A stretch of 64,000 bases of DNA from an uncultured Bacteroidales bacterium (GCA_937889945.1 CALBZC010000009.1:49532-113531), one strand, 5' to 3'; counted from the first letter of the stretch, positions 37,241-47,023 are shown. Program-made: numbers and translations. The notes: generated by a model not told the origin, from the letters alone.

Positions 37241-38275
37241 TTAAACATATAATTTTTCAAAAAGCTCTCTGATAGCTTTTGATTCACGAATAATATTAAG
37301 AGTTAAGTTTGCATGTCCTTTGGCATAGCCGTTTCCTACAATAAGATTAATATCTTTACCCACCCCCTCGGCGCCTAAAGCTGCTTTGGTAAAGCTTGTA
37401 GCCATGGAGAAAAAATATACACAACCTTGTCCTTTGGTAATAAGGATAGAGGTCATCTCGGTAGAAGGAACATTCACGTTATTAACCGTAACATCGCACC
37501 CCCTGCCCCCTGTAATTTCCATTACTTTACTATATACATCCATAACGTTGGTAGCATCTGCAACAACTACATGGGTAGCCAAGTTCATATCTTTTACCCG
37601 TTTTGCATTTTGCTCAGAATATTCTACAACGATTACCTTTCCTGAGGGTCCCACGTTTTGCATAGCTTGGTAGCAACACAGCACGCCTGATTTGCCGCCA
37701 CCACCTATGATACAAACAATATCCCCTTCAGTAACAAGCCTGTCAACCTGTGCAGGAGCTCCTGCCACATCTAGTGCCGCCAACGCAAGTTTTTCAGGCA
37801 CATCATCGGGGAGCACCGCAAACAGTCCACTTTCAAATAAGATTGCCTGTGCGTCCACATCTACTTGGTCAGAATCAGGTGTAAGTTTTTTTATGGCATT
37901 GATTTTTAATGGTGTAAGCGAAAGCGATACTAAGGTAGCAATTTTATCGCCTACTTTCAGTTTATTTTTAGGGAAGTTTTCCCCTATTTCCTTTACCGTT
38001 CCTATTAACATTCCACCCGAACCGGTAACAGGATTCTGCATTTTACCACGTTCTGCCACAATACCCAAAATCATTTCTTTCATTTTTTCAGGATCGGCAT
38101 TGCAAGTTTTTTTTATTTGCGTGTAAGACGCTGAATCTATATTGAGCGTATCAACCTCGATTAAAACCTCATTATCATAGATTTTCATCGTGTTGTCAAG
38201 TTTATATGCCGGTTGGGGCAATGTTCCTTTGGGTTCTATTACCCTATGGGTTCCATATCTGCAAGCTGTTGTCAT
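37241..38275 (-). CDS. kdd: L-erythro-3,5-diaminohexanoate dehydrogenase, paralog 1
   Basis: 344 aa. N-terminal YGTHRVIEPKG and a Rossmann motif IIGGGGKSG. Lysine fermentation context. About 60% identical by eye to the adjacent paralog. Confidence 0.8.
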   Translation of the reverse strand: MTTACRYGTHRVIEPKGTLPQPAYKLDNTMKIYDNEVLIEVDTLNIDSASYTQIKKTCNADPEKMKEMILGIVAERGKMQNPVTGSGGMLIGTVKEIGENFPKNKLKVGDKIATLVSLSLTPLKINAIKKLTPDSDQVDVDAQAILFESGLFAVLPDDVPEKLALAALDVAGAPAQVDRLVTEGDIVCIIGGGGKSGVLCCYQAMQNVGPSGKVIVVEYSEQNAKRVKDMNLATHVVVADATNVMDVYSKVMEITGGRGCDVTVNNVNVPSTEMTSILITKGQGCVYFFSMATSFTKAALGAEGVGKDINLIVGNGYAKGHANLTLNIIRESKAIRELFEKLYV

Positions 38276-38284
38276 TCTAGTATT

Positions 38285-39325
38285 TTAAGCGTATAATTCT
38301 GTAAATATTTTTCTTAGTTTTTCGCTTTCGCGAAGTAATTCAAGTGTAATTTCGGCATGACCTTTGGTATATCCATTACCCACAATCATTGTAACATCGC
38401 TTCCCACACCTTCGGCTCCTAAAGCAGCTTTGGTAAAACTGGTAGCCATGGAGAAGAAATAGACAAGACCTGTGTCTTTTGTACAAAGAATACTTGTCAT
38501 TTCAGTGTCCGGAATGTTCACGTTGTTAATAGTAACATCGCACATTTGACCCTCTGTAATGTCTTCAATTTTTTCCAACACCGGAACGGGCTGGGTAGCA
38601 TCAGCTAAAAAAACATAATCGCAGAAGCCAAGTTCTTGTAGGCGTTTTGTGCTTTTTTCGCTATGGCATAGCCCAATAACTTTACCTGTAACGCCGGCAC
38701 GTTTTTTAGCCTCGTAGCAGCAAAGCATTCCCGATTTACCACCGGCACCTATAATAAGAACCGTATCGCCGGGCTTAACCAACTTGGCTGTTTGGGCAGG
38801 AGCGCCGGCAACATCCAATGCGGACAAGGCAAGTTTTTCAGGTAAATCGGCAGGAATTTTAGCATAAATGCCACTTTCAAACAAAATTGCTTTACCATCA
38901 ATATCTACTTGGTCAACCTCGTGGCGAATTTCCTTTATTTTATCTATTCTTAGAGGCGTTAAAGACAATGAAACCAAGGTAGCGATTTTGTCGCCCACTT
39001 TCAAATCAATTTTATCTTTAAGCGCATCACCTATTTTTTCAACAGTTCCAAGCAGCATTCCACCCGAACCTGTCCATGGGTTGCGATGTTTTCCTTGTTT
39101 AGCAACAATATCCATCATAATTTCCTTGATTTTTTCAGCCTCGCCATTAGCACGCGCCGAAATATCCGTAAAGGAAGCAGAGTCTATATTTAATGTTTGG
39201 ACATCAATTAAAATCTCGTTATCGTAGATTTCATCCATATTATTGTCTATTTTGTTTGCCGGTTGCGGCAAAACGCCCTTAGGCTCAATTACGCGATGCG
39301 TACCGTATTTATTACCTTTTTTCAT
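38285..39325 (-). CDS. kdd: L-erythro-3,5-diaminohexanoate dehydrogenase-family protein, paralog 2
   Basis: 346 aa. Same blocks as paralog 1 (YGTHRVIEPKG, IIGAGGKSG, FFSMATSFTKAALGAEGVG). Confidence 0.75.
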   Translation of the reverse strand: MKKGNKYGTHRVIEPKGVLPQPANKIDNNMDEIYDNEILIDVQTLNIDSASFTDISARANGEAEKIKEIMMDIVAKQGKHRNPWTGSGGMLLGTVEKIGDALKDKIDLKVGDKIATLVSLSLTPLRIDKIKEIRHEVDQVDIDGKAILFESGIYAKIPADLPEKLALSALDVAGAPAQTAKLVKPGDTVLIIGAGGKSGMLCCYEAKKRAGVTGKVIGLCHSEKSTKRLQELGFCDYVFLADATQPVPVLEKIEDITEGQMCDVTINNVNIPDTEMTSILCTKDTGLVYFFSMATSFTKAALGAEGVGSDVTMIVGNGYTKGHAEITLELLRESEKLRKIFTELYA

Positions 39326-39381
39326 TTTTGATTGTTGTTATGGTTTCATCAAAATATATTATATAGTTTAAGTGCAATCTA

Positions 39382-40959
39382 TTATTGATTTGAGTTTACA
39401 AAATTAGGTTTTTTTCTATGTTTTGTCCCCTGCTCGAAAGAATATGCTATTTTTATAAGTTCAGGCTCGCTCCATGCGCGACCGAAAAATGTAACATTCA
39501 CAGGAAGCCCGTTGATAAGACCCATGGGTAAACTTATAGCAGGATAACCTGCTATAGCTGCAGGCGAACTTGATGACAAAGTAACATTATCGCCATTCAC
39601 CATATCTGTTTTCCATGCCGGATTGCCTGTAGGAGATACAATAGCATCCAATTTATATTTATCCATTATTTTATCAATGCCGTTTTTTCGTGCCCCATCT
39701 AACATGCTTGTCAATAATTTCTTATATTCTGTGGACTCTAAAGATGCCTTTTGCTGTGCCATTTCAAATAGCTTATGGTCAAACCATTTCATCTCAGTGG
39801 TATCTTCTTTCTGCAATTTTATAAGTTGTTCTATATTTTTAATTTTGGCATTATCACCTAATGATTTAAAATATTTATTTAAACCATCTTTAAATTCATA
39901 AAGCATAATTTCAAATTCGGCAGTTTCTACTTTAGAATCAATTATATTGCTTATTTCTATTACCTCAGCGCCTTGACTTTTCAAGAAATCTATAGCTTGT
40001 TGCATAACTTTGTCAACAGGCGCTCTCCTCCCCCATTGTGTTTTGTCCCACCCTATACGTTTACCTTTTAAAGATTTCGGTTGTAAAAAAACCGTATAGT
40101 CGGTATAACTTTTACCTTTTGAAAGAATGGTTTTAGCATCTGTACTATCCAACCCTGTAAGTGCACCCAACAGAATAACAGCATCTGTTAATGTTCTTGC
40201 CATAGGACCCGGCGTATCTTGGGTAAATGATATAGGAATAATGCCCGTGCGACTAATTAGTCCAACGGTAGGTTTAATACCCACAATACCATTATTATTA
40301 GCCGGACAAACAATGGAACCGTCGGTTTCCGTTCCTATTGCTAGGGAAGCCAGATTAGCTGATACTGCTGCTCCTGAACCCGAACTTGAACCACAAGGAT
40401 TTCTGCTTAAATCATAGGGGTTTTTGGTTTGCCCCCCTAACGCACTCCATCCGCTTGAAGAATAAGTACTATGGAAATTAGCCCATTCACTTAAGTTTGT
40501 TTTACCAATAATTACAGCCCCTGCCTGACGTAGTTTGGCAGCAACCCATGCGTCTTGCAAGGGAAAAGAGTTTTTCATTAAAACAGATCCGGCAGTATTA
40601 GGCATTTTATCGTGTGTATCTATATTATCTTTTAACAGTATGGGAACACCATGCAAAGGACCTCTTACCTTACCCTCTTTCAACTCCTTATCTAACTGTT
40701 TTGCTATATCCAATGCATCCGGATTTATTTGTATGACGGCATTTAACATAGGACCGCTATCATCCAGCTTGGCAATTCTTTCTAAATATGCTTTGGTAAT
40801 TTCTTCTACAGAAAACTTTCCGGATTTGTAGCCTTCCTGAAGTTGAGCTATGGTAATTTCTTCTATTTCAAAACGTTTTTCGTTATTTTTTTTGCATGCA
40901 TTGGTAAAAATCATCAAAAAACATGCAAGCATAAATGTGTAGATAGGATATGTTTTCAT
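39382..40959 (-). CDS. Amidase-signature family amidase with N-terminal signal peptide / possible lipobox
   Basis: 525 aa. AS motif GSSSGSGAAV and catalytic Lys context LLKDNID. N-terminal MKTYPIYTFMLACFLMIFTNAC suggests export. Confidence 0.75.
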   Translation of the reverse strand: MKTYPIYTFMLACFLMIFTNACKKNNEKRFEIEEITIAQLQEGYKSGKFSVEEITKAYLERIAKLDDSGPMLNAVIQINPDALDIAKQLDKELKEGKVRGPLHGVPILLKDNIDTHDKMPNTAGSVLMKNSFPLQDAWVAAKLRQAGAVIIGKTNLSEWANFHSTYSSSGWSALGGQTKNPYDLSRNPCGSSSGSGAAVSANLASLAIGTETDGSIVCPANNNGIVGIKPTVGLISRTGIIPISFTQDTPGPMARTLTDAVILLGALTGLDSTDAKTILSKGKSYTDYTVFLQPKSLKGKRIGWDKTQWGRRAPVDKVMQQAIDFLKSQGAEVIEISNIIDSKVETAEFEIMLYEFKDGLNKYFKSLGDNAKIKNIEQLIKLQKEDTTEMKWFDHKLFEMAQQKASLESTEYKKLLTSMLDGARKNGIDKIMDKYKLDAIVSPTGNPAWKTDMVNGDNVTLSSSSPAAIAGYPAISLPMGLINGLPVNVTFFGRAWSEPELIKIAYSFEQGTKHRKKPNFVNSNQ

Positions 40960-41020
40960 GATAAATTATTTTTTTTGATTATACACAAACAAATAAAAAG
41001 TATATAGCTAATTCTATGTA

Positions 41021-41056
41021 AAAAAAGCCACTTTGTAATTAAACTACGAAAGTGGC
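41021..41056 (-). terminator. Intrinsic terminator between kce and the amidase gene (inside the lysine cluster)
   Basis: Minus strand: an 8-bp GC-containing stem GCCACTTT/AAAGTGGC (extendable with A-T pairs) followed by TTTTTT, 14 nt after the kce stop. Confidence 0.6.
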
Positions 41057-41069
41057 TTTAAATTAATAA

Positions 41070-41897
41070 TTATTCTGTTGGTTTCAAGCCCAATATTTTA
41101 CGAGCTTCGGCAGGAGTTGCAATATCTCTTCCCAATTCCTTGGCTATGCGTACAACCTTAGCAACTAATTCGCCATTGGATTTAGCCAATACGCCTTTAG
41201 ATATGTAAAGGTTATCTTCAAATCCAACGCGCACGTTACCGCCCATGGCAATAGCCGGTGCCGCCAAAGTGAAAGCGCTGCGACCAATGCCGGTAGCTGT
41301 CCAGGTAGAGCCTGCCGGAATATTTTTAACCAACCACACTAAATTTTCAACAGTAGCGGGCGTACAACCCGGCACACCAAGCACAAAATTAAACTGCATA
41401 GGGTGTGAAGGAACTTCTCCTTTAGCCGCCATTCTAACAATAGTATCTAAATGACCCATTTCGAAGCATTCATATTCAGGCTTGATATTATTTTCAATCA
41501 TGCGTTTACCGAAACTGCGCATCATGGGCATGGTATTTTCAAATACTTCGTCGCCAAAATTACATGTGCCGCAGTCTAATGTAGCCATCTCAGGGAAAAG
41601 CTCGGTAGGCTGCAAGCGTTCTTCAGCCGTCATGCCCACCGCACCACCGGTAGATGGAATTAAAATAACATCGGGAATCTCTTTTTTTATTGCATCCATG
41701 CATACTTTGAAACGGTCTTTACTTTGGGTTGGCTTGCCATCATCTTCACGCACATGCACATGTACAATAGCTGCTCCCGCATCATAAGCAGACTTAGCCT
41801 CGCGTACCAGTTCTTCAACGGTATAGGGTACTGCAGGATTTTGCTCTTTCGTTACCTCCGCCCCGCATATAGCAGCGGTTATTATTAATTTATCCAT
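41070..41897 (-). CDS. kce: 3-keto-5-aminohexanoate cleavage enzyme (BKACE/DUF849 family)
   Basis: 275 aa. N-terminal LIITAAICGAE and the TIM-barrel BKACE pattern. Adjacent to kal. Confidence 0.85.
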   Translation of the reverse strand: MDKLIITAAICGAEVTKEQNPAVPYTVEELVREAKSAYDAGAAIVHVHVREDDGKPTQSKDRFKVCMDAIKKEIPDVILIPSTGGAVGMTAEERLQPTELFPEMATLDCGTCNFGDEVFENTMPMMRSFGKRMIENNIKPEYECFEMGHLDTIVRMAAKGEVPSHPMQFNFVLGVPGCTPATVENLVWLVKNIPAGSTWTATGIGRSAFTLAAPAIAMGGNVRVGFEDNLYISKGVLAKSNGELVAKVVRIAKELGRDIATPAEARKILGLKPTE

Positions 41898-41902
41898 TGC
41901 TG

Positions 41903-42298
41903 TTATTGTTTTGGTTTACGTTGAGATTTAACAGGAGTTACGCACGTGCCGGTAGCTTTGCATACCACCACAGGTTCAGCTAAAAAGTCAGCTGCCGAAG
42001 GCGATACATCCGGACGTGGCACTACCACTTTACGTGCTTCAAAAGTCATTTTGCGCGAAGAGTTTCCGATGTGTGTGATATAACCCTCAGCTTCAATATA
42101 ATCGCCGGCATATACAGGCGCCATAAACTCTATGCTGTCATATGCTTTAAAAAGTCCCTCATCACCATCTAAACGAATAAGAAGTTCGGTTGCTACATCG
42201 CCAAAAAGTTGTAACATTCTGGCGCCATCAACTAAATTTCCGCCATAATGCGCATCGTGTGAACCCATACGCAATCTAATCAATACTTTGTCGCTCAT
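41903..42298 (-). CDS. kal: 3-aminobutyryl-CoA ammonia-lyase (hotdog fold)
   Basis: 131 aa, the size and position (between kce and the CoA-transferase) expected for kal in lysine fermentation clusters. Confidence 0.75.
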   Translation of the reverse strand: MSDKVLIRLRMGSHDAHYGGNLVDGARMLQLFGDVATELLIRLDGDEGLFKAYDSIEFMAPVYAGDYIEAEGYITHIGNSSRKMTFEARKVVVPRPDVSPSAADFLAEPVVVCKATGTCVTPVKSQRKPKQ

Positions 42299-42318
42299 AA
42301 TTTTTATTTTTTTTATAT

Positions 42319-42963
42319 TTATTTTACTATATAATCTACAAAAATAGCGGGTGTATGTACGTCTTCAATTGCAATATCACCGGTTTTCACAAGCTCTTCC
42401 ACTTCAGCAATTACGCAATTGGCGGCAGTAGCCATAAGGGGATTAAAGTTTTTGGTAGTTCCTTTATAAATAAGATTTCCATCTTCATCACCTATACTTG
42501 CGCCTAACAAAGCAAAATCAGCTTTTAAAGGTTTTTCCAAGAGAAAATCTTTACCATCGATAGTTATTACTTGCTTTCCTTCCGCAATTATGGTTCCCAA
42601 GCCTGTGGGAGTAAGCACACCTCCTAATCCGGCGCCGCCAGCGCGAACGCGCTCTGCAAGTGTACCTTGTGGAACAAACTCTATCTCCAACTCTTTATTA
42701 TTCATTTGTTCGCTCGTTACAGGATTAGTTCCTATATGCGATGCAATAAGCTTTTTAATTTGCTTGTTTACAATCAATAAACCTATGCCTTTGTCAGGGA
42801 AAGCCGTATCATTGGCAATAACTGTAAGGTTTTTAACATTGGCTTTTACCAATGCGTCAATGAGTTTTTTAGGAGTGCCTCCTGCTAAAAATCCACCAAT
42901 CATAATAGTGGCGCCATCTTTAATTTGGGCAATAGCTTGTTCGACAGTAGTTAACTTCTTCAT
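42319..42963 (-). CDS. atoD: 3-oxoacid (acetoacetate) CoA-transferase subunit A
   Basis: 214 aa. [22 protein letters not shown] and GGVLTPTG blocks typical of subunit A. Confidence 0.88.
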   Translation of the reverse strand: MKKLTTVEQAIAQIKDGATIMIGGFLAGGTPKKLIDALVKANVKNLTVIANDTAFPDKGIGLLIVNKQIKKLIASHIGTNPVTSEQMNNKELEIEFVPQGTLAERVRAGGAGLGGVLTPTGLGTIIAEGKQVITIDGKDFLLEKPLKADFALLGASIGDEDGNLIYKGTTKNFNPLMATAANCVIAEVEELVKTGDIAIEDVHTPAIFVDYIVK

Positions 42964-43318
42964 ATTTTATATCGTTTAAATTCAGATTTGCAATATGTTT
43001 TTATTATGGTTCAATATTTTAAAAAACAAAATAACGTTTTCAAAATTAGTAATTTATTTGAAAATGAGAAAAATTTGAACCTATTTGCTCAAGTTATATA
43101 AACAAAAACCATTACAAAACAATAGATTGTATCTTCATCAAGTCTTTATTTTCAACCAGCATCCATAAATTCTTTATTTAGTTAAAATATTATAATTTGT
43201 ATATTTAACTCACTATTATCACTACTTTTATTTTTTTAATTTAAATATCTTACTTATATTTTTTACGTTTCTTTTCGCTTTGATACTGTAATAATCTGTA
43301 AGAGTAACAACATAAATA

Positions 43319-44401
43319 ATGGCAAACAAAACCTACAGTATCATTACAGGAACAGGTAGTTATATACCTACACTGACAGTGAAGACCCAAGATTTTATCA
43401 GTAACGAGTTTTTCGAATCGGATGGAAATAGAGTAACGGCATCGCCACAAAAAATAATAGACAAATTTATTGATATCACCAACATTGTAGAGCGCCGTCA
43501 TGTAAGTTCCCATTTGGTTACTTCCGATATCGCTTATTTAGCCGCTGTAGAAGCAATAGAATCAGCCAATATAAATAAGGAACATCTTGATTATATTATT
43601 GTTGCTCATAATTTTGGGGATATACATTCGCAAAACAATCGTTCGGATATTGTTCCAAGCCTTGCCGCACGCGTAAAGCACAAATTAGAAATCGAAAACC
43701 CCAACACGGTTGCTTATGATTTGAATTTTGGCTGCCCCGGTTGGTTGCAAGCCGTGATTCAGGCAAACTATTACATAAAATCAGGCGATGCAAAAAAGAT
43801 TTTGGTGATAGGCGCCGAAGTTTTGTCAAGAGTATCAGACCCACACGACAGGGACAGCATGATATATGCGGATGGCGCTGGAGCCGTGATTATAGAAGCA
43901 TGCGAAAGCGAGAAACCCATTGGCATTTTGGGGCATGCCACACGTTCAGATACATTACTTTATTCCAAAATGCTGCAAATGGGACATTCTTTTTATCCGG
44001 TAAAAGCCGAAAAAGGAGAGTTGTTTTTAAAAATGAATGGCCGCAGGTTATATCAATATGCATTAGAAACCGTTCCGCAAACTATAAAAGCATGTTTAGA
44101 AAAATACAACCTTCATCTTAATGATATTAAAAAGTTTTTAATTCATCAGGCAAACGGCAAAATGGATGATGCTATTTTACAACGTTTATATGCGCTGTAT
44201 GATATTGAAAAAATCCCCGAAAATATAATGCCGATGACGGTTTCATGGCTTGGAAATTCTTCCGTAGCCACTTTACCTACCTTATTGGATTTGATTAAAA
44301 AAAATAAATTTGAAAATCAACATATTGCAAGTGGAGATATCATTGTTTTTGCATCTGTAGGCGCAGGCATGAATGTGAATGCCGTGATTTATAAAAATTA
44401 A
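43319..44401 (+). CDS. Beta-ketoacyl-ACP synthase III (FabH-like KAS III)
   Basis: 360 aa. Active-site Cys context NFGCPGWLQA, HQAN (LIHQANGKM) and GNSSVAT (Asn) blocks. Confidence 0.82.
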   Translation: MANKTYSIITGTGSYIPTLTVKTQDFISNEFFESDGNRVTASPQKIIDKFIDITNIVERRHVSSHLVTSDIAYLAAVEAIESANINKEHLDYIIVAHNFGDIHSQNNRSDIVPSLAARVKHKLEIENPNTVAYDLNFGCPGWLQAVIQANYYIKSGDAKKILVIGAEVLSRVSDPHDRDSMIYADGAGAVIIEACESEKPIGILGHATRSDTLLYSKMLQMGHSFYPVKAEKGELFLKMNGRRLYQYALETVPQTIKACLEKYNLHLNDIKKFLIHQANGKMDDAILQRLYALYDIEKIPENIMPMTVSWLGNSSVATLPTLLDLIKKNKFENQHIASGDIIVFASVGAGMNVNAVIYKN

Positions 44402-44412
44402 GCGTTTAATTT

Positions 44413-44454
44413 AAAAATGAGGAAAGCCGACTTTAGTCGGCTTTCCTCATTTTT
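44413..44454. terminator. Bidirectional intrinsic terminator between convergent KAS III and sppA genes
   Basis: Perfect 15-bp stem ATGAGGAAAGCCGAC / GTCGGCTTTCCTCAT with loop TTTA, flanked by A-run and T-run. Confidence 0.85.
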
Positions 44455-44465
44455 GTCCGATATTT

Positions 44466-46232
44466 TTATTTTATCTCTATATCGTAAGGCATCATAGCTT
44501 GCACGCCTTGCATAGTCTGCATTCTTTTCAGCGCTTTAAAATAAGGGTATGCGGCACCCATTTCTTTTTTCGCCACACGTGTAGCATATTCACCGGTTAA
44601 TTCTTCTAAAAATTGCGTAAAAGCATCTTTTCTTTCCGGCAATTCTTTTATTCTGTAAGTGCTTAGTTTTGCAAGTTTCGCAGCTTCTTTTATTGCTTCA
44701 TTAATGCCGCCAAACTCATCAATAAGACCTATACGTTTGGCATCCACGCCGCTCCATACGCGCCCCTGACCAATACTATCAACGCTTTCGGGACGCATAT
44801 TACGTCCTTCGCCCACATGAGTTATAAAAGTAGCATAAGTTGTTTCCACTCCTTTAGTCATAATTTTCTTTTCACTTTCTGTCAGAGGACGGGTAACGGG
44901 TATAAAGTCGGCATAAGTGTTTGTTTTAACCCCATCAAATGTAATTCCTAATTTTTTATTAAACATTTCTTTCATATTGGGGATAATACCGAAAACGCCT
45001 ATTGAGCCCGTAATCGTATTAGGATAAGCAAATATTTTATTTGCCGCGCACGAAATATAATATCCTCCGGAAGCAGCCACATCGCCCATAGATACAACTA
45101 TAGGTTTAACTTTTTTAGCCAAAATCATTTCTCTCCAAATTACGTCTGATGCTAAAGCACTACCACCGGGTGAATTGACACGCAACACAATGGCTTTTAC
45201 TTTTTCATCAAGCCTTGCCTGGCGAATAGCCTTGGAAATACGTTCAGAACCAATATTATCATTACTGCCATTTCCGCTCACTATATCTCCGTAAGCATAC
45301 ACAACCGCAATCCTATCTGATGCATTGTTAGACTTGGTTGTAGAATTTGCATATTTATTCAAAGACATAAATTTTAAATCCTTGGCATTAGAAATATTTA
45401 CACGCCCTTTTAATTCATCAAGTACTTGGTCCTTATAAAGGATATTGTCAACTAACTTTAAACTTATTGCATCCTGTGGCGTTTGCACTTTCAGCTCATT
45501 TGCAATCGTGTTTAAATCGTCCTGTGCAATTTTACGACTATCTGAAATGTTTGCCAACATATGATTCCAGATAGATGAAACCAACGCATTACTTTGTTGT
45601 TTGCTGGCATCACTCATTTTGTCGAGAATAAAAGGTTCCACAGCACTTTTAAATTTTCCGTGACGAATAATCTGAGGCTGAATATATAACTTATCCAACA
45701 ATCCTTTAAAAAACATAGTTTCTGCCGAAAGTCCTTTAAACTCGAACATTCCTACCGGATTCAAGTATATTTTATCTGAAACAGAAGCCAGATAATAAGC
45801 TTTTTGGGTAAATATTTCTCCATACGAAACAATAAACTTTCCTTTTTTCTTGAAATCAACCAAGGCATTCCGAATTTCCTCTACGGTAGCCTGCCCTGAA
45901 GGGACATCACTCATTTCCATATACATGCCTTTTACATTGGCATCTTCCGAAGCTTTTTTTATGTTTAACAAAATATCATTTAAGCCTAAACTCTTGGCTC
46001 GCGAGCCTCCAAACAGGCGCATGTTATCGAAAGGGTTATCGCTGCTGCGCTCAGCGATGGGCTGGTCAAAAGATACCATCAATATCGTTTTATCGGGCAC
46101 GGTAACCGTCTCCTTTTTATCGAAACTGCTGATACTTGCCATAATAATACCCATGAAGATAAAAAAAGCCAACAGGCTCATCAAGAAAAAGCCTACCATG
46201 GAGGCTAAAGTGAATTTTAAAAATTGTCTCAT
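44466..46232 (-). CDS. sppA: Signal peptide peptidase SppA, 67K type
   Basis: 588 aa with an N-terminal TM and duplicated ClpP/crotonase-like halves. Motifs SPGGSA and AASGGYY. Confidence 0.88.
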   Translation of the reverse strand: MRQFLKFTLASMVGFFLMSLLAFFIFMGIIMASISSFDKKETVTVPDKTILMVSFDQPIAERSSDNPFDNMRLFGGSRAKSLGLNDILLNIKKASEDANVKGMYMEMSDVPSGQATVEEIRNALVDFKKKGKFIVSYGEIFTQKAYYLASVSDKIYLNPVGMFEFKGLSAETMFFKGLLDKLYIQPQIIRHGKFKSAVEPFILDKMSDASKQQSNALVSSIWNHMLANISDSRKIAQDDLNTIANELKVQTPQDAISLKLVDNILYKDQVLDELKGRVNISNAKDLKFMSLNKYANSTTKSNNASDRIAVVYAYGDIVSGNGSNDNIGSERISKAIRQARLDEKVKAIVLRVNSPGGSALASDVIWREMILAKKVKPIVVSMGDVAASGGYYISCAANKIFAYPNTITGSIGVFGIIPNMKEMFNKKLGITFDGVKTNTYADFIPVTRPLTESEKKIMTKGVETTYATFITHVGEGRNMRPESVDSIGQGRVWSGVDAKRIGLIDEFGGINEAIKEAAKLAKLSTYRIKELPERKDAFTQFLEELTGEYATRVAKKEMGAAYPYFKALKRMQTMQGVQAMMPYDIEIK

Positions 46233-46375
46233 TGTATGTATAACTTACGATTTATAAATTGGACGCTTATTTTTTTGCGGGTTACAATATTTTAAGCAAA
46301 AGTATATAAAAAATTTATCGCATAGTTTATCCCTACAATTTTTTGCTTCTCAATAATTTATTCGTGCAAAAATGA

Positions 46376-46383
46376 TAACTTTG
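46376..46383 (+). promoter_or_regulatory. Candidate -7 promoter box TAACTTTG
   Basis: Exact TAnnTTTG match, 23 nt upstream of the DUF502 gene ATG. Possible promoter for the DUF502-surE-membrane protein-lpxB gene string. Confidence 0.35.
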
Positions 46384-46405
46384 TTTTTTTACACATTTTA
46401 TTACG

Positions 46406-46996
46406 ATGAATAAATTTATAAGGTATTTTCTTCAGGGATTAATTTTTACGGTACCTTTAGCCCTTACCATATACGCCATTGTTGTTTCGCTTCGGTTTGT
46501 GGATGGTCTTTTAAGCAAATATGTTACCGAAGTGATTGGTTTTCGCATTCCGGGATTAGGGCTGGTAATAGTGATTATGGGCATCACACTCATCGGGATA
46601 CTGGGAAGCAGCGTAGTAATAAGACCTTTGGCAAACTATGCCGACAGAATGCTCACGCATGCGCCTGTTATCAATATCCTTTACACCTCCATCAAAGACT
46701 TCATGAAAGCGTTTGTAGGAAAAGAGAAAAAATTTACTGAACCTGTGCTGGTTAAAGTAAATAAAGATTCGGATTTGGAGAAAATGGGCTTTATCACTCA
46801 ACATGATCTTTCAGGCTTAGGAATAGCAAAAGGTAAAATTGCCGTATATTTGCCCCATTCGTATAATTTTTCGGGCAACTTGTTTATCGTGCCTGTTGAA
46901 AACATAACACCTTTAAGTGCCAATGCCGCAGAGATGATGAAATTTATAGTAACCGCAGGCATTACCAAAGTTCCAAAACAAACAGAAACAGATTGA
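46406..46996 (+). CDS. DUF502 domain-containing membrane protein
   Basis: 196 aa with two N-terminal TM helices, then the conserved region I associate with DUF502. Confidence 0.6.
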   Translation: MNKFIRYFLQGLIFTVPLALTIYAIVVSLRFVDGLLSKYVTEVIGFRIPGLGLVIVIMGITLIGILGSSVVIRPLANYADRMLTHAPVINILYTSIKDFMKAFVGKEKKFTEPVLVKVNKDSDLEKMGFITQHDLSGLGIAKGKIAVYLPHSYNFSGNLFIVPVENITPLSANAAEMMKFIVTAGITKVPKQTETD

Positions 46997-47023
46997 TTTT
47001 TTAAACACATTATATAATTTTTT

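Noticed and set aside
37237-37287. N-terminal extension of kamA given by the track ORF (start 37287)
   Set aside because: It overlaps the kdd stop by 47 bp. The internal start MQETRRKILFPEVTDEQWNDWKWQ matches the usual KamA N-terminus and lies 4 nt after the kdd stop.
42964-43318. Looked for a lysine or cobalamin riboswitch or other leader upstream of the lysine cluster
   Set aside because: The 355-bp region is very AT-rich. I could not find the GC-rich conserved helices or core motifs expected of lysine or B12 riboswitches. Only a possible TAATTTTG -7 box (43041-43048, minus strand) was noted, which is too weak to list.
43250-43513. 87-aa minus-strand ORF overlapping the KAS III start
   Set aside because: Antisense overlap with a well-supported gene. 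Cys/Tyr-rich nonsense-like translation.
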